The translations under genes were made by a program, and so were the position numbers. From the NCBI GenBank assembly GCA_963737265.1, contig CAVTRY010000007.1:416001-480000 (forward strand): a DNA stretch of 64,000 bases, written 5' to 3'. The notes beneath the pieces are model-generated. The model searched no databases, was not told the DNA's origin, and saw only the letters and a program-made list of their open reading frames with translations. Shown piece after piece: positions 45,124-53,502 of the stretch. Within the stretch, counting starts at the first letter, position 1, and every line of letters starts with the position of its first letter. This DNA is from an uncultured delta proteobacterium. GTDB taxonomy: Bacteria > Myxococcota_A > Polyangia > Fen-1088.

Positions 45124-45139
45124 ATACCCCGTACGGTAT
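45124..45139. promoter_or_regulatory. CsoR/RicR-like operator candidate upstream of trxA
   Basis: ATACC-CCGTAC-GGTAT palindrome, one base shorter than TACCC-N5-GGGTA. Confidence 0.4.
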
Positions 45140-45171
45140 TGACTTCAGACCCGCTACCCCAGGGAGGAACC

Positions 45172-45543
45172 ATGGCGACGGTCGAAGTGACCGCCGAGAA
45201 CTTCGAGGCCGTGATCGGTGGCGCCGATCTGGCCCTGGTGGACTTCTGGGCGTCATGGTGCGGTCCCTGCCGGATGTTCGGCCCGGTCTTCGAGCGTGTG
45301 TCGGAGGAGCATCAGGACGCGGTGTTCGGCAAGGTCGACACCGAGGCCCAGCAGGCGCTCGCCGCGTCGTTCGGAATCACATCGATTCCGACTCTGATGA
45401 TCATTCGCGACAAGGTGATCCTCTACGCCCAGCCCGGCGCGATCTCGGAGTCTGCGCTGGAAGACCTGATCGCCAAGGCGCGTGAGGTGGACATGGACGA
45501 GGTCCGCGCCAGCATCGCCGGGCAGCAGGCCACCACCGCCTGA
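45172..45543 (+). CDS. trxA: Thioredoxin
   Basis: DFWASWCGPC, SIPTL; GGAGG RBS. Confidence 0.93.
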   Translation: MATVEVTAENFEAVIGGADLALVDFWASWCGPCRMFGPVFERVSEEHQDAVFGKVDTEAQQALAASFGITSIPTLMIIRDKVILYAQPGAISESALEDLIAKAREVDMDEVRASIAGQQATTA

Positions 45544-45605
45544 GCCGGCACCTGGCCCGGCACGCCGGTGCCAGCAACCTGACGCTGTTCTCCTCCGCGG
45601 CCGCC

Positions 45606-46811
45606 TCATTCCTGCTCCAGGCGGGTGGCGGGCCAGTCGAGCATGCGGGCACCGATCACCGCGACCTGGAGCGCGAGTGCGTCCGCGGGCCGGGACGGAT
45701 CCCGCCCGGTCAGCTCCCTGACCCGGGCCAGCCGGTAGGTGACGGTCCGCACCGACAGGTGCAGGTCCCGCGCCGCCGCGGCCGCGACACCGCCCCTGGC
45801 GTAGTAGGCATCCAGCGTGGCCAGCAACGGCGCGGCGCCCCCCCGGGCCCGCGCCAGCGGCGTGAGCAGAGTCTGCACCAGGTCGGTGATGGCCGCACGA
45901 TCCCGCAGTAGCACCTGGTAGATGAGCAGGTCCGCGGCCTTGACGACCTCGTCGGCCAGGCCCAGCCGCTGGGCCGCGTCCAAGGCGTCCGCTGCCTCGT
46001 CATAGGAGCGCACCACGCCGCTCGGCCCCGGGTAGGGGCGCCCGAGGGCGACCCGCCGGGGCGGTGGCCCGGCCCGGCCGGGCTCGCGGGCATCGCCGCG
46101 CTGGCCAGCCGCCTGGCGGGCCAGCGCCCCGGCCAGGGCACGAGCCACCCCGGCCGCCTCGTCGTCGCCGGCCGAGCCCACGATCACGACCAGCCGGCCG
46201 CGGCGGCTCAGCACCAGCGACGAGGACGGTGCCGCGGCCTCCGCGACCACGCTGTCGATATGAATGCCAGTCAGGTTGACACCGCCAGCGCCGGCCGAGC
46301 CCACCACCATCACCTGATGCGGTCCAGCCAGGCGCAATCCCAGCCGCTCTCCCCTGGCCAGCAGGTCTGCCACGCCGCCCCGGCCGGACAGCAGGTCCTC
46401 GAAGAACTCCCGGCGCTCCGCCTCCTCGCGGCGGGCCACCGACAGGTAGGCGCGCTCGAACCCGCCCGCGGCGGCGGCCACCGCGTCGTCCGCGGCATGC
46501 AGCACGGCCAGCACGGCGCCCTGCAGCACCGTGGGTGAGTAGCTGCCGGCGGGCAGTTCGCGCCACAGCCGCCAGGTCGCCGACAGGTAGAGGTCGACCA
46601 GGCCGCCCAGCGCGACCCCGCCCTCCGCCGCCTGCTCACCGGACCGGGCGTAGCCGGCCAGTTCCGTGGCGGACAGGCGGCGCCCGCTGCCAAACGCGTC
46701 CAGAACCGCGGGCAGGTAGCCGCCGAGGAGCCCGGGTGGCACCCCGCCAGCCTCCCGGCTCGCGGCACGGGTGATCGCAGCCAGGTCCGGCCCGTTGCCA
46801 CGCGCAGTCAC
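45606..46811 (-). CDS. PucR/CdaR-family regulator
   Basis: LVDLYLSA, RREFFEDLL, SYDEA, C-terminal HTH AAARDLHLSVRTVTYRLARV. Confidence 0.87.
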   Translation of the reverse strand: MTARGNGPDLAAITRAASREAGGVPPGLLGGYLPAVLDAFGSGRRLSATELAGYARSGEQAAEGGVALGGLVDLYLSATWRLWRELPAGSYSPTVLQGAVLAVLHAADDAVAAAAGGFERAYLSVARREEAERREFFEDLLSGRGGVADLLARGERLGLRLAGPHQVMVVGSAGAGGVNLTGIHIDSVVAEAAAPSSSLVLSRRGRLVVIVGSAGDDEAAGVARALAGALARQAAGQRGDAREPGRAGPPPRRVALGRPYPGPSGVVRSYDEAADALDAAQRLGLADEVVKAADLLIYQVLLRDRAAITDLVQTLLTPLARARGGAAPLLATLDAYYARGGVAAAAARDLHLSVRTVTYRLARVRELTGRDPSRPADALALQVAVIGARMLDWPATRLEQE

Positions 46812-46889
46812 TCCAGGCACCGCCTCTCGGCCAGGTACGCCCGCACCAAGGCCTGGCAAGGGCGCCCGGTCTGCATTCTCGTAGGTTTC

Positions 46890-46914
46890 TATCTTGCCGG
46901 GAATAGGCAAGATA
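46890..46914. promoter_or_regulatory. Perfect inverted repeat in the PucR/TerC intergenic region (probable operator)
   Basis: TATCTTGCC-gggaata-GGCAAGATA. Confidence 0.65.
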
Positions 46915-47268
46915 CCGGGGTAATTCTTAGCCGGTGAGTCCCCAAGACCTGGTGCGGTCGGCAAGCAATAGTTAAAGCATCAGCTCGGAACGGCCGGGCC
47001 CGGCAGGCGGCGGGAGGTCACCATGACGGTCATCAGTCAGGGAACCCCCGGCGCCGTGTCCGCGCCGCTACGGTCGCCAGCCGGATTGGGCAGTCAACCG
47101 GGGCACTGCTCATCCCGGCCGGCCTGGCCGCGCCCGGGCCCGGGCGCCTTGATGGTGCCCGGGCCGGGCTGGCAGACCACGCCGCCCGCGAAGGGCACCC
47201 CGAACCGATAGACAACGACAGGCAGGAGCGGGCCGGGACGATAATCCAGTGAGGGCCATCGGGTAGCC

Positions 47269-48327
47269 ATGGCAACTCTTCACGTCCCTGCCTGGGGCTG
47301 GGTGGCGCTTATCGCCGCCCTTGCCGTGTTGCTCGGCGCGGACCTGCTGGCGAGTTCCCGCCGGGACCATCCGGTCAGCATGCCAGAAGCGGCCGGGTGG
47401 ACGCTGGCCACCGTGGTGCTGGCGGTTTGCTTCGGCGCCATGCTGGCCATCACCTCGGGGAGCACACCCTCGGGGCAGTTCTTCGCCGGCTGGCTGACCG
47501 AGTACAGCCTCTCCATGGACAACCTGCTGGTCTTCGTCATCCTGATCAGCCGGTCCCAGGTGCCAGGCCGGCTCCATGGCCGCGTGGTGCTCGCTGGCAT
47601 CGGTGTCGCCGTGGTGCTGCGGGGCACCGTGATCGGGCTCGGCGCGGCGGCACTGCACCGGTTCGGGTGGCTGGAATATCTGTTCGGCCTTTTTCTCCTC
47701 TATACGGCGGCCCAGGTGGCGCGGCACCCTAACAGGGCGTCGCTGCCCACCGGAACCAGCGCGGGTCACGTCGCCGGTGCGTTCCCGCGGCCCGCCCGGT
47801 CCACCGCGGACGAGGCCGGGGCACCGGGCGCCATGGTGGCGGACGCGCCCACCGGGGCGGCGGGCCGCATCGCGGCACGGCTGACCCGGCGCGGTACCGC
47901 CGGGGTGCTGACGCTGGTGATCGCGCTCGGGGTGGCCGACGTCCTCTTTGCGCTCGACTCCATCCCGGCCGTGTTCGGGCTGACCCGGGATCCGTTCCTG
48001 GTGTTCAGCGCCAACGTGTTCGCCCTGCTCGGCCTGCGCCACCTGTACTTCCTGGTGGCCGGGCTGCTCGCACGGCTGGTCTACCTGCAGGCGGGCCTGT
48101 GCGTGGTGCTCGCCTTCATCGGCGTCAAGCTCCTCGGTGAGGCACTGCACGGCTCCGGCGTGACCAGCCTCGGGCCGGTCCCGGTGCCGCGGGTCGGCGC
48201 CTGGCTATCGCTGGCGATCATCGTGCTGGTGCTCGGCGTCACCGCGCTGGCCAGCCTGCTGGCCCCGCCGTGGCAGGCCAGGCGGCGCAAGCGGGCCGAC
48301 CGCGCGGTCTGCGGCGAGCAGCGCTGA
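47269..48327 (+). CDS. TerC/Alx family membrane protein
   Basis: EYSLSMDNLLVF, DVLFALDSIPAVFG, NVFALLGLR, FIGVKL. Confidence 0.9.
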   Translation: MATLHVPAWGWVALIAALAVLLGADLLASSRRDHPVSMPEAAGWTLATVVLAVCFGAMLAITSGSTPSGQFFAGWLTEYSLSMDNLLVFVILISRSQVPGRLHGRVVLAGIGVAVVLRGTVIGLGAAALHRFGWLEYLFGLFLLYTAAQVARHPNRASLPTGTSAGHVAGAFPRPARSTADEAGAPGAMVADAPTGAAGRIAARLTRRGTAGVLTLVIALGVADVLFALDSIPAVFGLTRDPFLVFSANVFALLGLRHLYFLVAGLLARLVYLQAGLCVVLAFIGVKLLGEALHGSGVTSLGPVPVPRVGAWLSLAIIVLVLGVTALASLLAPPWQARRRKRADRAVCGEQR

Positions 48328-48391
48328 CCTGCCGCGAGCTTCCGGCCATGATTCACGACAGCTGGACAGTATCGCGCCCGGACGGCCGGGC

Positions 48392-50092
48392 TCAGGCCGC
48401 GAGGGCGCCGCGCAGGTGCGCCACGACGTCGCCGATCGCGACCTTGACCGTCTCACCGGTGGCGCGCGTGGTGACCTCGACGGTGCCGTCGGCCAGGCCG
48501 CGCTTGCCCACGGTCACCCGGTACGGTATCCCGGTGATCTCCGCGTCGCGGAACTTCACCCCGGCCCGTTCGGCCCGGTCGTCGAGGATGACCTCGATGC
48601 CCGCCGCGGTGAGCTGCTCATACACCGACTCCCCCGTCTTCGCGGACTCGGGGTCCTCGGCCTGGGCCACGGTCACGACAACGCTGAACGGTGCCACGGC
48701 GACCGGCCAGACGATGCCGCGCTCGTCGTGGTGGCCCTCGACGATGGCGGCCATCGCCCGCTCCACGCCGATGCCGTAGCAGCCCATGATGGGGTGCACC
48801 CGCTCGCCAGCGGCGTCGAGCACGGTAATCCCGAACGCCTTGGTGAACTTGTAGCCGAGCTTGAAGATGTGCCCGACCTCGATGGTCGGCACGAGTTCCA
48901 GCGGCTCGCCACAGCGGACACATGGCTCGCCGGTGGCCACCTCCCGCAGGTCGGCCCAGGTGCCGACGCTGACATCGCGGGCGATGTCCACCCCGCGCAG
49001 GTGGAAGTCGTCGGTGTTGGCCCCGGTGACCATGTCCCTGCGGCCGCGCAGCGCCTCGTCGGCGAGCACCGGGAGGTTCGTCACGCCGACCGCGCCGAGG
49101 CTGCCGGGCAGCGCGCCGAGCGCCTCGGAGATCTCGTCCGGGTGGGCGGGGCGGATCTCCACGGCGGCGGTCGCGTCCGCCAGTTTCTGCTCGTTGAGCG
49201 CGTGGTCACCGCGCATCAGCACCAGCGTGAGCTTGCCGTCGAGCACGTAGACCAGGGTCTTGATCTGCCGGTTCGCAGGCGCGTCGTAACCGGTCACGAG
49301 GTCCTCGATGGTGCGCACGCCAGGGGTGCCGAACCGCTCTGGCGCGGGCAGCCCCGGGCCGTCTTCCACGGGAATCAGCCGGGACGTGGCCTTCTCCACG
49401 TTCGCCGCGTAGTTGCAGGCCGGGCAGTGCGCGATCGTGTCCTCGCCGACCTCGGAGGGAGACATGAACTCGGTCGAATCCTTGCCGCCCATGGCGCCGC
49501 TCGACGCCTCCACGGGGATCACCGGGAGGGAAAGCCGCGCGAAGATGCTCAGGTAGGCGGCGCGATGCCGGTCGAAGGAGAGATCAAGCCCGGCGGGCTC
49601 CAGGTCGAAGCTGTAGGAGTCCTTCATGGTGAACTCCCGCACCCGGAGCAGCCCGGCCCGGGGCCGCGCCTCGTCCCGGAACTTGGTCTGGAACTGGTAC
49701 CAGGCCTGCGGCAGCTGCTTGTGCGAGTTCAGCTCCTGGGCGAGCAGGGTGAAAATCTCCTCGTTCGTCACCGCCAGCACGTTCTGGCCGCCCTTGTGGT
49801 CGGTGAGCGCGAACATCACGTCGGCCATCGTCTCGGTGCGGCCGCTGCGCTCCCAGACTTCCTTCGGGTGCATGGTGGGCACCAGGAGTTCCTGGGCGCC
49901 GATCCGGTTCATCTCCTGCCGGATGATCTCGATGACCTTGGTCCGCACCCGGACGGCGAGCGGCAGCAGTGAGTAGTGGCCCGCATGGAGCTGCCGGATG
50001 TACCCCGCGCGGACCAGCAGCCGGTGGCTCGGCGTCCCGGCGTCCGCCGGGTCGTCCCGCAGGGTCGGGATGTGCATCTGTGACCAGCGCAT
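48392..50092 (-). CDS. proS: Proline--tRNA ligase with INS editing domain
   Basis: SHRLLVRAG, KFRDEARPRAGLLRVREFTMKDSYSF, YAANVE, GSLG, IEVGHIFKLG, MGCYGIG. Confidence 0.95.
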   Translation of the reverse strand: MRWSQMHIPTLRDDPADAGTPSHRLLVRAGYIRQLHAGHYSLLPLAVRVRTKVIEIIRQEMNRIGAQELLVPTMHPKEVWERSGRTETMADVMFALTDHKGGQNVLAVTNEEIFTLLAQELNSHKQLPQAWYQFQTKFRDEARPRAGLLRVREFTMKDSYSFDLEPAGLDLSFDRHRAAYLSIFARLSLPVIPVEASSGAMGGKDSTEFMSPSEVGEDTIAHCPACNYAANVEKATSRLIPVEDGPGLPAPERFGTPGVRTIEDLVTGYDAPANRQIKTLVYVLDGKLTLVLMRGDHALNEQKLADATAAVEIRPAHPDEISEALGALPGSLGAVGVTNLPVLADEALRGRRDMVTGANTDDFHLRGVDIARDVSVGTWADLREVATGEPCVRCGEPLELVPTIEVGHIFKLGYKFTKAFGITVLDAAGERVHPIMGCYGIGVERAMAAIVEGHHDERGIVWPVAVAPFSVVVTVAQAEDPESAKTGESVYEQLTAAGIEVILDDRAERAGVKFRDAEITGIPYRVTVGKRGLADGTVEVTTRATGETVKVAIGDVVAHLRGALAA

Positions 50093-50163
50093 GATGCGGG
50101 CTTCCTCGTCGTGAGGTCTGGACTCCCCCGCCGCAGGTGACCCGGCGGGGACGGAAACCGAGC

Positions 50164-51704
50164 TTAGTGGCCCTGCGCCGGGGCCTCGACACGGTTTCCC
50201 GGTTCGAGCGGCGGCGCGCCGATCGGGAGGCAGGTCAGGCACTCCGGCTGGGCCACCGGGTGCTCCGGCTCGGGGCGCAGCACGTCGTTGTCGATCGTCA
50301 GCGCGGACAGCACCGCGCCCACCGCAAGCAGGCCCGCGCAGATGACCATGGCCATCCGGAACGCGGGGGTCATCAGGGCCGGAACCCGGTAGGCCGCGCC
50401 GGTCAGGCCCACGGCCAGCGGGAGCCCGGCCACGGCAAGCAGGCCCGCGGCCCGGGCCACCGCGTTGTTGACTCCGCTGGCCACTCCGGCATGGCGCACG
50501 TCGGCGCTGGCCAGCACGGTGGCCGTCAGCGGGGCAACGGTCGCGGACAGGCCGAGCCCGAACAACACGACGGTGGGGAACACATCCGTGAGGTAATTAG
50601 CGTTACGTCCAATTCTGACCGCCAGGAGCAGGCCCGCAGCGCACAGCAGACAGCCACCGGTCATCAGCCAGCGCGGGCCGATGCGCTGCGCCAGCGCGCC
50701 CGCCCGGGACGACAGCACCAGCATGAGCAATGTCAGCGGGAGCAGCGAGACGCCCGCGGCCAGCGGCGAGTAGCCGGAGACCACCTGGAGCTGCAGCACC
50801 AGCAGGAAGATGGTGCCGCCGAGGGCGCCGTAGATCACGAAGGTCACCACGTTGACCGCGGTGAACTGGCGCGAGGCGAACACCTCCAGCGGGAGCATCG
50901 GGCGCTACGCCATTCCCGGCACGGCCGCGATGCCGTTCCAGCAGCACGAAGCCGAGGCCAGCGAGAATCCCTGCGCCCGCCGGTCAGCGCCGCCCGGGCC
51001 AGGCCGTGCGCGGGTGCCTCGATGAGCGCGTCGGTGATCCCGGCCAGGGCGAGCGCGGCGAGTATCGCGCCGGCCCAGTCGAACCGGCCGTGGCTGGTGG
51101 GGTCCCTGGTCTCCGGCACATGGCGCACCGCGACGGCCATTACCACGGCGGCCAGCGGCAGGTTGAGCAGGAAGATCCACCGCCAGCCGACCGAGCCGAT
51201 GATCCAGCCGCCGAGGAACGGGCCGACCGCGCCGGCCACGCCGCCCAGGCCGGACCAGGCGCCGATGGCCTTGGGCCGGTCGTTGGGCGCGAACGAGGCC
51301 TGGATGATCGCCAGCGATCCGGGGGCGAGCAGCGCGCCGCCCATGCCCTGCAGCGCCCGCGCGCCGATGAGCACGCCGATGCCGGGGGCCAGGCCGCACA
51401 GCGCCGAGGCCAGGGCGAACCAGACCACTCCGATCACGAAGATCCGGCGGCGGCCGAGCCGGTCGCCGAGCGCGCCGCCGAGCAGGATCAGCCCGGCCAG
51501 GGTGAGCGTGTAGGCGGTGACCGTCCACTGCAGCCCGGCCAGCGAGGTGTGCAGGCTCTTGCCGATGGTGGGCAGCGCCACGTTGACAACGGTGCCGTCG
51601 AGCATCGCCATACTCGACCCGAGCACGGTGGCCGCGAGCACCCACCGCCCCCGCGTGCTGGCCAGGCGGATGGCACCCGGCCCTGGGGATACCGCTGCGA
51701 CCAC
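50164..51704 (-). CDS. DHA2 MFS transporter (frameshift near 50960)
   Basis: MAMLDGTVVNVALP, GALGDRLGRRR, WRWIFLLNLP, ASGVNNAVAR. Confidence 0.9.
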
Positions 51705-51839
51705 GCCCCCGATCCTCTCACCGCGACTGGGGGTTGCCCAGCCCGCGCACGGGGGCGGGCCCAGGGCCGCCGGCATCTCTTGTACCGTGCCATTGCAGGC
51801 ACCGGCGGCCGGGCACGGTGCCCCGGTGGAGGGAAGCGC

Positions 51840-52337
51840 GTGCGGTACATGCTGCGGCAGCGGATGTTCTCGATCGGCGACGACTTCTGGATCACCGACG
51901 AACGGGGAGACCGCGCGTTCCTGGTCGACGGCAAGGCGCTGAGCATCCGCCAGACCCTGGAGATCAAGGACAGCTCGGGAGCCGTGGTCGCCAGCGTGCA
52001 CAAGAAGCTGATGGCGCTGCGGGACGCGCTGGAGATCGAGCGGGATGGCCAGGTCATCGCCACCGTGCGGCGGGAGATGTTCTCGCCGCTGCACCACAAT
52101 TCCGCCATCGACCTGGCCGACGGGCGCACATTGGCGGCGGTGGGGAACCTCACCGGGCGCGAGTTCGACATCAGGGACGGCGGTCACACGGTGGCCCGGG
52201 TGTCCCGGGCCTGGTTCACCATGCGCGACACCTACGGCGTGGACGTGGCGCCCGGCGGGGACGACGCGTTGCTGCTGGCCGCTGCCGTGTGCCTGGACCG
52301 GATCCACCACGAGGAGGACGAGCGGCACCCAGGCTGA
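51840..52337 (+). CDS. LURP-one/scramblase-like (Tubby C-terminal) protein
   Basis: MRYMLRQRMFSIGDDFWITD...FLVDGKAL, RAWFTMRDTYGVDV. Confidence 0.85.
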   Translation: MRYMLRQRMFSIGDDFWITDERGDRAFLVDGKALSIRQTLEIKDSSGAVVASVHKKLMALRDALEIERDGQVIATVRREMFSPLHHNSAIDLADGRTLAAVGNLTGREFDIRDGGHTVARVSRAWFTMRDTYGVDVAPGGDDALLLAAAVCLDRIHHEEDERHPG

Positions 52338-52373
52338 CGCCGCGGGCTCCGGCCCGGCCCGGTGCCCAGCACG

Positions 52374-53429
52374 TCACGGCACCGGCTTGCCGCCCCGCCA
52401 CTTCGATGAGCCAGGACCGTAGGCGAGCACGATCCAGACCGGGCCGCGGGCGAACGTCATCGGCTTGCCCGAGGCCGTGGTGAACGTGGTGCCGCCGGTT
52501 GCGGCAGGGCGGGACCACCGCGCCTGGAAGGCCTGGCCGTTGCGCAGCACCGTTGCGCTGCCCGAACCGACGGTTTCCGCGTCCGGCGGCATCATCGGGC
52601 CCTGTTCGAGGAATCGGGACAGGCCCACGACAACACGCTGGATGACGACCGTGGGCGCGGAAAGCTGCCCGGCGCCGGTGCTGCTGGCCGGGGAGCCGTC
52701 CATCCAGATCAGCCAGCGGTCCCTGGCGGGTGACCACCGGAACCGGAACGATGCGGCCGGGTAGGACACCGACTCCGCCTTGCGGGGATGGCCGCCGGCC
52801 GGGGGCGGGCCGAACCGGAATCCGATGTTGCGGGCCAGGCTGGCGTGCGGCGCCTGTTTCAGCAGCGTCCGGGTGTCGGCGTAGAGGTTGTACGGCTCGA
52901 CCCGGTCGACGGTCCGGAAGTAGCCACTGGCGGTCGCCGCGTACAGGTCCACGATCCTGGAGTGCTCGACCACCGGCACGAGCTGGGGCTGCGCCCCGGA
53001 CCAGGCGAACGCCGGGCGGCCGAACTGGCGCAGCAGTTGCAGGTCGTCCTGCCGGGCGCTGCGAACCGGGCCGATCACCCGCGGGTAGTGCGACGAGAAG
53101 ACCGCCATGATCCGGCTCAGGCCGCCCTCGACGGGGATCAGGTACACGATGTCGGCCCTGGCCAGCCCGGTGGCCGGCCGCTCCGGGACGGTGTTCCCGA
53201 TCTTAACGATGAGCACCCGCTTGAGCTGGTGCGCCGGTTCACCGGTGAACGGGGACAGCAGCGGGCCCGGGGGCGGCGACGGCGTATGCACCGGGACCGG
53301 TTTCGGCGCCGACGCCAGCTTGCCTGCCGTGTCGTGGCGCATGGCGAAGGCGATGCCGCCCGCTGCCAGCGCCACCACGACGACAGCCGCCACCGCGGTG
53401 AGCGCAACGCTCCGCCGATCCCAGACCAT
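52374..53429 (-). CDS. DUF3048 (YerB-like) secreted/membrane protein
   Basis: SPFTG, VKIGN, GLARADIVY..VEGGLSR, GPVRSAR, PYNLY. Confidence 0.82.
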   Translation of the reverse strand: MVWDRRSVALTAVAAVVVVALAAGGIAFAMRHDTAGKLASAPKPVPVHTPSPPPGPLLSPFTGEPAHQLKRVLIVKIGNTVPERPATGLARADIVYLIPVEGGLSRIMAVFSSHYPRVIGPVRSARQDDLQLLRQFGRPAFAWSGAQPQLVPVVEHSRIVDLYAATASGYFRTVDRVEPYNLYADTRTLLKQAPHASLARNIGFRFGPPPAGGHPRKAESVSYPAASFRFRWSPARDRWLIWMDGSPASSTGAGQLSAPTVVIQRVVVGLSRFLEQGPMMPPDAETVGSGSATVLRNGQAFQARWSRPAATGGTTFTTASGKPMTFARGPVWIVLAYGPGSSKWRGGKPVP

Positions 53430-53502
53430 CTGTGCACCCCTCAGGGATTGTTCCCCAACGGCCCCATTTCATGATCGCGAGGATGGCCCGGGATGGTAAA
53501 GC

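Noticed and set aside
50093-50163. T-box leader for proS
   Set aside because: The gap is only about 70 nt and has no T-box sequence.
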